From Nitrospirota bacterium (GTDB lineage: Bacteria > Nitrospirota > UBA9217): a stretch of DNA of 60,142 nucleotides. How positions within the stretch are numbered: the first letter of the stretch is position 1; the number at the start of each line of letters is the position of its first letter. The position numbers were made by a program, and so were the translations under genes. The DNA lies in the NCBI GenBank assembly GCA_963741205.1, contig CAVUHW010000021.1, positions 1 through 60,142 on the forward strand. Direction: 5' to 3'. Below are positions 43,436-53,116 of this stretch, piece by piece. Below the pieces are notes generated by a model. The model saw only the letters and a list, made by a program, of their open reading frames with translations, was not told where the DNA came from and ran no database searches.

Positions 43436-45399
43436 CTACCAGGTCCGCGTGCCGTGGCACCCGGGAGAGCAGGAGCGCGTAGTCGCGTTGAAATTCAAGG
43501 TGCTTACGACGTCTTTCACGCCGTTCTTGTGCGTCGTCGCAGTCACGGCAGTTGAACTGTAGCCCGTGCCGTGGCATCTGCTGCAATCGTACCCTTGCGA
43601 GTTCACGTGGAAATCGTGCTGGCCTGTCGCCGGCGGGATGGCGTGGCAGGAGCCGCATGCGGGCGTCGGCGAGGTGCAGGCCTGTGACAGGATCGACGCT
43701 GCTGCGGGCGTCCCTACGCAATTGGCGGGGGACAGTGATGTCACCGTTCTGGTCTGCAGGTTGTTCGTGCATGTGCCCCATGCGGAGTAGTTGTAGGTGG
43801 TGCAGGCCGACCGGCGAGGTGCAGGCCTGTGACAGGATCGACGCTGTTGCGGGCGTCCCTACGCAATTGGCGGGGGACAGTGATGTCACCGTTCTGGTCT
43901 GCAGGTTGTTCGTGCATGTGCCCCACGCGGAGTAGTTGTAGGTGGTACAGGCCACCGGCGAGGTGCAGGCCTGTGACAGGATCGACGCTGCTGCGGGCGT
44001 CCCTACGCAATTGGCGGGGGACAGTGATGTCACAGTTCTGGTCTGCAGGTTGTTCGTGCATGTGCCCCACGCGGAGTAGTTGTAGGTGGTGCAGGCTACC
44101 GGCGAGGTGCAGGCCTGTGACAGGATCGACGCTGCTGCGGGCGTCCCTACGCAATTGGCGGGGGACAGTGATGTCACAGTTCTGGTCTGCAGGTTGTTCG
44201 TGCATGTGCCCCACGCGGAGTAGTTGTAGGTGGTACAGGCTAGCGGCGAGGTGCAGGCCTGTGACAGGATCGACGCTGCTGCGGGCGTCCCTACGCAATT
44301 GGCGGGGGACAGTGATGTCACAGTTCTGGTCTGCAGGTTGTTCGTGCATGTGCCCCACGCGGAGTAGTTGTAGCCGGTGCAGGCCGCCGGCGGCGGTGTG
44401 CAGTTCTGTGTCAGGACCGGCGTGCCAGTGCAGCCTGCGGGCGATGACGATACAAGGCCCCTGACCTGCGTTCCGTTTGACAGACATGCGCCCCATGCAC
44501 CATAGGTGTAGTTGCAGGCCACTGGAGTTGGCGGAATAGGTGCAGGGTTGCGACAGGACCGGCGTCCCTGTGCAGCCTGCAGGAGACGAGGTCAGCATGT
44601 TCCTGGTCTGCGTTCCGTCTGACTGGCATGCGCTCCACGCGTCATAGGTGTAGGCGCAGGCAGTGGATCCCCCCGGTCCGGCAGGCATGTTTTCTGCGTA
44701 GAAGGTACCCGAGGCGAGATCTCTGAGCGATCCTGAAAAGATAACGTCGCCGGTCTGCCTGTTCGTAACGGTTACCCTTCGGTCTTTCACGACAAACCGC
44801 ACGTCTTGGAACATTGCACGAAGTCCGCTGTTATCATTCTCATCATCGTCATCGGTGACAGCGTTGCCCGAAATCTGGTACAGCTCAAACAGAGGCGCCA
44901 GCACGGTGCGCAGGCGGGAGATGATCACTTCAAAATGGTCCGCGGTTCTGTGGTGTTCATCTTCACTTTCACTGGACCTTATGATCGAGAGTACGCTCGG
45001 ACCTGTATTATCCGCTGACGCGGCTACTGCCGTGTCCGAAATCGGGTTGATGTTGGCCCGGCCGCCGTTTTTCGAAACAGAATACAGCGTCTGTCCATTT
45101 CCAGCCTGGTCAGCCCCTTCGGCCTTGAGCAAGAAAGGCGGCTTGAGCCCGCTCACGTCAACAGTGTAATTTCCATTGCTGTTGACGGCTGCCGTCTTTT
45201 CCTGCGCCGGCACGGAAGAATCAATCATGGAAACAGTGCCGTTATCCATCATGTCCAGTGATGCGACACCGGACACTGTTGCTTTAGATGCATGAGACGC
45301 GGCCGATGAGTCTGACGAACCGGGCGAACTGCAACCGGCAACCACGAAACCGATCATCGCTGCACATACCATGAGAAGGGTGAGAATGTTTTTCTTCAT
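43436..45399 (-). CDS. Lipoprotein with TSP1-like Cys/Trp repeats and a C-terminal triheme cytochrome c domain (two frameshifts)
   Basis: Lipobox VVAG-C; beta-sandwich-like N-domain; seven W..C....QTR....C.G.....Q.C repeats; CGSCH, CSRCH, CSPGCH. Confidence 0.82.
43668..44388 (-). repeat. Five near-identical 144-bp coding tandem repeats (plus two diverged units to ~44660)
   Basis: Unit starts at 43668, 43813, 43957, 44101, 44245; 48-aa unit ACTTYNYSAWGTCTNNLQTRTVTSLSPANCVGTPAAASILSQACTSPV. Confidence 0.95.
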
Positions 45400-45715
45400 T
45401 ATTCGAATCTCCTTTTTGAAATTGGTCCGGCTTGTCCTTCGGGCATGGGTGCTACTGCTTTCTTGATGTACTGCTCTGCAATTTTGCTCTTTCTTTACAG
45501 GATGCACTGTCAAAATACAATGTCCGTGAACCGTTCGTGATGGTGTTTTTGTGAAACCGGGTTGCCCGTGCTTCTACGCCACCGGCGGGAGTCGGGGGCT
45601 TTTTCTAACTGAGCAACCATCCCGCATTGTGTGCCATGGTCGGCGTCACCTCCTTAGTTACTTTATTCCGCAAGGGCATTCGAAAACAAAAAAGCCGGGC
45701 GCCTGAATATCGAAA

Positions 45716-45799
45716 GATATTTCGGCAGCCCGGCTGTCTCAGAGAGACCCGTAGGTTTTCCGCCCCACCCTCGCGGATGGTTTAGTATTGTCGTCTATC
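45716..45799 (-). ncRNA. GEMM-I (c-di-GMP-I class, A20/cGAMP-type) riboswitch, downstream copy; terminator ~45687-45735
   Basis: GACGACAATACTAAACCATCCGCGAGGGTGGGGCGGAAAACCTACGGGTCTCTCTGAGACAGCCGGGCTGCCGAAAT closely follows the Geobacter GEMM-Ib pattern. Confidence 0.9.
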
Positions 45800-45886
45800 A
45801 GCTGGTATGTATCTCGAGCTGAAAAAGGCGTGTGTGTACTGCGCGAGAATCACAGAAATAAAAAGCCGGGCGCCTGAATATCGAAA

Positions 45887-45970
45887 GATATTTCGGCAGC
45901 CCGGCTATCTCATGGAGACCCGTAGGTTTTCCGCCCCACCCTCGCGGATGGTTTAGTATTGTCGTCTATC
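45887..45970 (-). ncRNA. GEMM-I (A20/cGAMP-type) riboswitch, upstream copy; terminator ~45858-45906
   Basis: Near-identical to the other copy at 171-bp offset; differences lie in the distal hairpin (TCTCCATGAGAT). Confidence 0.9.
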
Positions 45971-46028
45971 AGCTGGTATGTATCTCGAGCTGAAAAAGGC
46001 GCGTTGCTATGTGTTTACTATAAAAACA

Positions 46029-46061
46029 GAAAAGTCGGCGCCCTGCCTTGCGGCAGGGCGC
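46029..46061 (-). terminator. Intrinsic terminator after the PgcA-like gene
   Basis: GCGCCCTGCC-GCAA-GGCAGGGCGC followed by a T-rich tract. Confidence 0.7.
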
Positions 46062-46083
46062 TCCGTATATCCTTACTTCTTAC

Positions 46084-48843
46084 TTACCATCTATGCGTGC
46101 CGTGGCACGAGTTCGAGCAGGAGCGCGTGGTCGGATTCCAGCCCGGTGTGCTCCCGCTCGCGATGTTTACCACACCATTGTTATGCGTCGCCACGTTATT
46201 AGAGGTCGAGCTGTAGCCCGCGCCGTGGCATACGCTGCACGAACGCGACGCGTGGGTCGAGTGATGGCCGGATGCCGGCGGAATGGCGTGGCAGGAACCG
46301 CACATCGGTGTCGATGTGACGGCGTCGGTGTCGTCGTCGATGATGTTGAATTTCCCAACGCAGTCGAAATGGCCTGGATCTGCGCAGACGTGAGCGTAGA
46401 AAGCGACATCATCCCGCTGATCGTGTTGATGCCGGTCTGTATCTGGGCAACCGTTGCCCCTCTGTAGGCCGCTCGAGGCAAGCGCTCCATGGCACGGCTG
46501 CAGTAGTGGCGTAGAGCGCCGCGCCGTCGATCGCTCCCGACGTTGTTGTGCCGTCGGTGCAGGCGTCGTCGTTGCGATGTCGTGCTTCCTCCCCAGCTCT
46601 GCGTGCCGTGGCACGAGTTCGAGCAGGAGCGCGTGGTCGGGTTCCAGCCCGGGGCTCCGCTCGCGATGTTTACCACGCCGTTGTTGTGTGTTGCCGTATT
46701 CACGGTAGTCTTGCTGTAGCCCGTACCGTGGCAGGTGCCGCACGACACCCTTGCGAGTTCACATGATACGTGTGATGGCCGGTCGCCGGCGGGATGGCGT
46801 GGCAGGAACCGCACGTCGGTGTAGGCGCAACATTGGTGTAGGTTTGAGAAGGACCGGCGTTGCTCCGGTGCAGCTGCGTAAGATGCCGTCGCTATAGGCC
46901 TGGATCTGCGTGCTGTTGACTGGCAAGCTCCTCAGGCAGAATACATGAACGAGATCCAGGCTTGACCGGCTGGACTTAGGGGCAGGTCTGCGACAGACCG
47001 GCGTTCCTCCGGTGAAGCCGCCGGTGCCGATGACGCCATATCTGGACTACGTGCCGTAGATGCGCTGCCCCCGCGGTCGGCGCAGGAGTTGCCGTAATTG
47101 CCAGGGCAGCAGCGATGGCCTGGACTTGCGTTGCCGTAAGGTTCGACAGAGAATTCATGCCACCTACTTGCTTCCAATGGCGGTCTGGATCTGGGTGGCT
47201 GTTCTTCCAGCTTTGGCGCTTGCGGCCAGTGCTGCATGACACGAACTGCAGTTAGGTGGTATAAAGCGCGGCCCCGTCAGTCGGCGCGGGCGTCGGCGTC
47301 GGTGTGACGGGACAGGGGTCCCGGTGCAGTCGGCGGAGACGCATGAGGCGATGGCCTGGATCTGCGTCTGTCAGACGAAAGATCTCGACAGTGAATAGCT
47401 CATGGCGCAGGCTGTCGACGATGCCCGTACTGGATCGGAAGCTTTGGACCCCGATTGGTGCTGCTCGCCAATGCAGCCGTGACAGGAGACTGCAATGCCG
47501 CTAGAGTGTCTGGCTCCGTGCGGTCAGATTGGCGTGGGGTCGGTGTCGGCGTAGGTGACGGAGGTGCGGGTAGGGCCGCGCCGGTGTCGTCCTAAGGCGG
47601 TAGCGATGGCCTGAATCTGCGTTGTCGAAAGATTCGAAAGTGAACTCATGGCGCCGACGCTGCCGATGCCCGTCTGGATCGTGGAAGCTGTTGCACCCCG
47701 CTTGGTGCTGTTCGCCAATGCGCCGTGGCACGAACTGCAGTTAGGCCGCATAGAGCGACGCCCCGTCAGTTGGCGTGGGTGTCGGTGTAGGTGTAGGAGC
47801 CGGCGTTGACCCTAATGCCGTCGCAATGGCCTGAATCTGCGTTGGAGTGAGATTCGTGAATTGTCCCATGCCGCCGTAGTTTCTGGAAATACCGTTCTGT
47901 ATCTGAGACACTGTTGCTCCCGACTTGCCGCTCGTGGCAAGCGGACCGTGACATGAATTGCAGTTGGCCGCATAGAGCGCAGCCCCGTCGTTATGTCGTG
48001 GGACGCAGGCGTCGGTGTCGGCGAAGGCGTAGGAGTCTGCGCAGGCGCTGATCCCAATGCTGTTGCTATGGCCTGAATTTGAGCAATCGTAAGGGTGGAG
48101 AGAGACCCCATGGCGGGTTCACACTGCCGATGCCGGACAGGATCCTGGGCGGCAGTCCTTCCCTTCTTGCTGCTCGTGGCAAGCGGCGCCGTGGCATGAA
48201 CTGCAGTACGTCGCGTAAAGCGAAGCGCCGTCTGTCAGTGTTGGAGTAGGGAGTGGGTGTTGGTGCAGGCACTGCTGCTAACGCATCCGCAATGGCCTGA
48301 AGCTGGGCTGTCGTAAGGTTCGAGAACCGACTCATTCCGCCTTTGTTGTTTGCAATGGCGGCCTGGATAGCGGATGCCATTGCGCCGGCCTTGCCGCTTG
48401 CGGCAAGCGGACCGTGGCACGAAGCGCAGTTGTCCGAATAGAGCGCGGCCCCGTCGAGCGAGGCTGTTGAGAGGTGGGAGTATTATTGCGTTCGTCGTGG
48501 TGGGGTTTGTCGTCCCTACCGCCGTCAAGGCGGACACAATTGCCTGGAGTTGATCGGCGGTGAGGCTCCTATAGGCCCCCATGCCGCCCATGTTGTGTGC
48601 AATCGCGTTTTGGATCTGGGATATTGATGCCCCTTTCTTGCCGCTCGTGGCAAGGGAGCCATGACATCCGCTGCAATCGCTGCTATAGAGCGCGGCCCCA
48701 TCGATCGTTCCCGAGGCTGTCGTGTTCGACGATTTGCCGCTGCTGCATCCAAAAAGCGCGAAGGCCAGAATTACCGCACCAATCACAATCAGGTTGATCA
48801 CAAATAGGTTGACATTCTCCGTCTTCATTGTATCCGTCTTCAT
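46084..48843 (-). CDS. Expanded PgcA-like multiheme cytochrome c lipoprotein with PT linkers (many indels)
   Basis: Lipobox LFG-C; repeated DGAALY...CxxCHG.LA.S.K.GA....IQ..I....GGM....LT..QIQAIA.AL domains joined by PTPTPT; two triheme domains (CGSCH, CxxCH, CSNSCH). Confidence 0.82.
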
Positions 48844-48909
48844 AGTATTGTCCTTCCTTAAATCCTAAAATGATGTCCTTGTTCTGTGCGCCTCTGCTGT
48901 GCATTTATT

Positions 48910-48924
48910 GCAACTCAAATGCCA
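48910..48924 (-). promoter_or_regulatory. Sigma54 -24/-12 promoter
   Basis: TGGCATTTGAGTTGC on the minus strand, 66 bp upstream of the start codon, with an AT-rich tract behind it. Confidence 0.85.
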
Positions 48925-49012
48925 GAATAAGTATATAAGTTTTATCTTACTGATATATAAACGTATTTTATTAATTAAGGGTGTTTATTTTCGTCTGAGA
49001 AAACAGTCGTGC

Positions 49013-49112
49013 TGTATGGATTTTTATACAGCGATAACCTATGGCATTATGCAACATCTGATAAAATTTTCAATAAATCAGTATGTTAAAATTCTGTCCA
49101 CAATTCCATACA
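49013..49112. promoter_or_regulatory. Two putative GlrR-type enhancer boxes
   Basis: TGTA-N10-TACA (49013-49030) and TGTC-N10-TACA (49095-49112); E. coli GlrR consensus is TGTC-N10-GACA. Confidence 0.6.
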
Positions 49113-49221
49113 AAATGGTGATAAGCCCGTTAGTTTTCACCAACCCATGTGCACCATGCCTTCAGTTTTTCACAGCAATTCAACTAATGCGAACGAAATA
49201 AATAATGTTACATCCCGGCAA

Positions 49222-49275
49222 GCCCCCCCCCTCACCCAACCCTCTCACCTCTGGGGAGAGGACAAAGAAGAGGGG
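49222..49275. repeat. REP-like palindromic element
   Basis: CCCCTCACCCAACCCTCTCACCTCTGGGGAGAGG...GAGGGG. Confidence 0.5.
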
Positions 49276-49609
49276 CAAAGCAGGAACGAATCTGAATGCG
49301 TTTGTATTAGGCTGGCCTTATATCTCTTTGCACTTGCGGACACCGCGAGAACTTCGATCCCCTTCCCCGGGATTCACGGAGCATAATCTAACTCATGAAA
49401 TTACTGAGCAGGGCAATAAGGAAAGGCAGGCAATCGAGTTGAAGACAGACATGTTTTTTTAAAGCGATCAATTAGGTGAAGCCAAAGCAAAAAAATGGTA
49501 TAGTAAGGATACTTTGCAAGCTCAGGTGAAGAAGCATCCTTCGCAGTGGTTGAAAAACGGCGAACATGAAGCGGTCTGTTCTTGACCGGAATCTGAAAAG
49601 GCTAAAAGC

Positions 49610-51047
49610 GTGAGATTTAGCATCCTTTCAAGGTTGATCCTGGGATACGTTTTCCTTCTGGCCCTGGCAGCGGCAATGAGTTACCGCTTCATCGTGCAGC
49701 TCGGCAACGTGACCGATGTCACCCATTCCATCATCCTGGTGGACAATTCCCTCATCAGCCTTCAGAAAGACATGACGGACGAGCTTCTGTCCGAAACGAG
49801 GTATGAAAAAAAGTATCTCATTGTGCGGGACCGGGAGCTCTATAAGGGGTTTCTGAAATCCAGGACGGAGTTCGAACACAATCTCAGCCAGGCGCTCACG
49901 CTCGGCGTCAGTCCCGCGGTGCGGGATGCCTTGAACAGGGCGGCGGACTTCCACCTGACCTATAACTCGCTCTTCAAGGAAGAGGCGGAATACCACAGGG
50001 CAGGCTGCGCTACGACCGCACGTGGTACACGAAAGAAAAGGAGCGTGCGGTGAATGCCGCGATGGAGGAACTGGTCAAGGTCCGGACCATGAGCCAGCAG
50101 AGCATTCTCGACAAGGTGAAGAAGCTGAGCGAGGCAGGCAGGCGGGCGCGGACCACCGCCATGGTGGTGAGCGCCGTGTCCCTGCTGTTCGGGATCGCTC
50201 TGGCCGTGCTGATCACCAGGAGCATTACGCGTCCCCTCTCGGAAATGCAGAAAAAGACGAAGGACATCGCCGACGGCGTCTTTGAGGCGGATTTGAGGGT
50301 GCCCTCTTCGCCGGAAATCGGGGCACTGGCCCAGGCATTCAACACCATGTGCAGCAAACTGAAGGAAGTGGACAGGATGAAGTCCGATTTCTTCGCGCTC
50401 ATGTCCCACGAGCTGCGCACGCCGCTCACCTCCATCAAGGAGGGGACCAACCTCTTCCTGGAAGGGATGCTGCGGCGAGGTCACGGAAAAGCAGAAAAAG
50501 GTGCTCCTGATCATCGCCGAGGAAAGCAACCGGCTCATCGGGCTGGTCAATTCCGTTCTGGACCTGGCGAAGCTCGAATCGGGACTGCTGGCGTTCAACT
50601 TCGGCAAGGCCGACCTGTCTCCGCTCATCGCGAGGGTCGTGGAGGAAGTGGGGCCGCTGGCAGAAGCGAAACACATCAAGATCAGCAGGGAGGTGCGGGA
50701 CCTGCCGCCGCTGACCATGGACGCCGAGAGGATGCTCCAGGTCCTGCGGAACCTGATCGGAAATGCCTTGAAATTCACTCCTCGCGGAGGAACGGTGAGC
50801 ATTACCGCCCGGCGGGAAAAGGATGCCGTCATCGTTGCGGTCATCGACACGGGACCGGGCATTCCCAAGGAACATGCAACCGCGATCTTCGACAAGTTCC
50901 GGCAGGTCCCCGGCGCCGGCAGGCACCACGGGAACCGGGCTGGGGCTGGCGATCGTCAAGCACATCATTCAAGCGCATGGAGGCTCGGTATGGGTAGAAA
51001 GCGAAGTGGGAAACGGCAGCACTTTTACGTTACAGTTGCCTGCCTGA
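49610..51047 (+). CDS. GlrK/QseE-like sensor histidine kinase (frameshifted)
   Basis: Two TM helices, [51 protein letters not shown]. Confidence 0.88.
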
Positions 51048-51487
51048 TCCTGTCGATCGCAGCGGGCTGTGCGCCGGTCCGGACACGGGCCCCGGAGGTC
51101 CGGAGTGCCCGGAGTGCCCGGAGCCCGTGTGCCGGAATGCCCGGAGTGTCCTCAGAGCGACTCACCTGATGCGCGTGGAGAGTCTGCTCAGCAAAGGGCA
51201 ATTTCGAGGGCGCGATGAAGGAGAGCCAGGACATCCTTGCCCGCTCGCCGAAAACACCGCCGGGAGATGAAGCGCTCATGGACATGGGGCTGATCAGCGC
51301 CCACTACGCAAATCCGAAGAAGGATTACAAAAAGGCGTTGAGTTACTTCATGCGCATTGAGAGGGAATTTCCCCGAAGTCCCCTGGTGGAAGAGGCAAAG
51401 ATATGGGTCGGCGTGCTGCAGGCCTTTGAGAAGGCGAAGCAGGTGGACCTCGAGATCGAGGAAATGAAGAAAGGGCTCGGAAAGTAG
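50990..51487 (+). CDS. QseG/YfhG-like TPR lipoprotein (frameshifted)
   Basis: Lipobox AAG-C; ALM.MGLI.AH..NP.KDY.KA..YF...FP.SP; ends [10 protein letters not shown]; lies between kinase and regulator. Confidence 0.65.
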
Positions 51488-51489
51488 CG

Positions 51490-52857
51490 ATGGAGAAGGC
51501 GGCGGCAAAACTGTTGATCGTTGATGATGACCGGAACCTCCTGGAGCTGATGAAGATGCGGCTCGAATCGTCCGGTTATGCGGTCACCACGGCGCCGGAC
51601 GAAGACGAGGCAAAAGCCGCCGTGGTGGCGCAGGCCTTTGACCTGGCCATTCTCGACCTTCAGCTCGTGCGCCAGGACGGGATATCGCTCATGGAGGAAC
51701 TGCGCCGCGTGGCGCCCGACATGCCGGCCATCATCCTCACGGCCCACGGCAGCATCGAGAGCGCCGTGGATGCGATGAAACGCGGCGCCTTCACCTATCT
51801 CACGAAACCCTTCGATGCCCGCGAGCTGATCCTGCACGTGGAACGCGCCCTGGAGAACAGGAAGCTGGCCTCGGAGGTCGACCGGTTGCAGGGGCTGCTC
51901 TCGGAGCGGTACGATTTCAAGAACATCGTCGCGCGAAGCGGGGCCATGCAGGCGGTGCTCGAGACCGTGTCCCGGGTCGCAAAAACGGATTCCACGGTCT
52001 TCGTCCGGGGGGAAAGCGGCACGGGCAAGGAGCTCATCGCGCGGGCGATCCACCTTGCGAGCAACAGGAGCGACAAGCCCTTCGTGGCCATCAACTGCGC
52101 CGCCCTTCCCGAAACGCTCCTGGAGAGCGAACTCTTCGGCCATGAGAAGGGCTCCTTCACCGGGGCGGTGAGGACCTCCAAGGGCCTCTTTGTCCAGGCC
52201 CATGAGGGGACCATATTTCTCGACGAGATCGGCGACATGCCGCTCTCCATCCAGGCCAAGTTCCTCCGCGTGCTCCAGGAGCGCCAGTTTTACCCTGTGG
52301 GCAGCGAGCAGACCGGTGGACGTGGATGTGCGGGTCATCGTTGCCACGAACAAGAACATCGAAGAACTGGTCAAACAGGGCCAGTTCCGGGAGGACCTCT
52401 ATTACCGGATCCACGTCATTCCCGTCGAACTGCCGCCTCTTCGGGAACGCAGGGATGACATTCCCGTTCTGGTTGACGCATTCCTGAAAAAATTCTCCGA
52501 ACAGATGACAAAAAGATAAAAGGCCTGACGCCTGCCGCCATGCAGCGGCTGATGCTCCATGACTGGCCCGGTAACGTGCGCGAACTCGAGAACACGATCG
52601 AGTATGCCGCGGCCATGGCCGAACAGGACGTCATCGGCGAGGAGCTGATCCCTCTCGAAAAATGCGCCGTGGAAGAAGCGATCAAACCGCTCAAAGAGGC
52701 CCGGGAGAACTTCGAGAAAAGATATCTCATCAGGCTCCTTGAACTCACCCGGGGGAACGTAAGCAGCGCAGCGGCCCTTGCCGGGAGGTACCGGGCAGAT
52801 CTGTACAATCTCCTGAAGAAATACGTCATCAACCCCTCGGACTTTAAAAAAGAATAA
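51490..52857 (+). CDS. GlrR/QseF-like sigma54 response regulator (frameshifted)
   Basis: [72 protein letters not shown]. Confidence 0.9.
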
Positions 52858-53116
52858 GCAGCAGGTCGTTAAAAACCTTTTTCGCAGGCAGTAGCCGCAC
52901 CCTATGGAGAGCGAATTATGGGTTTTTTCAACAGCCTGTTAGACTCTTTCCTTCACGCTATTGTCCGCCGCCTTATTCCTGAATAACATTGCATATCACC
53001 TTTGTTACTAATCCAGACTGAGTTTCGACGACTGACCAACAATCCCCGGTACGGAAATGATATACTTATTTTCTGACCACATAATGTCCTGGTTATCTCA
53101 AAATGAGGAGGGGACT

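Noticed and set aside
43668-44388. Possible CRISPR array
   Set aside because: Units are contiguous 144-bp in-frame coding repeats without unique spacers, and no cas genes are present.
52857-52942. Short inverted-end element (GCAGGTCGTTAAAAA...TTTTTCAACAGCCTG) and a similar end at ~9925-9942
   Set aside because: Resembles MITE or IS-end relics but is too short and degenerate, with no TSD or transposase to support a call.
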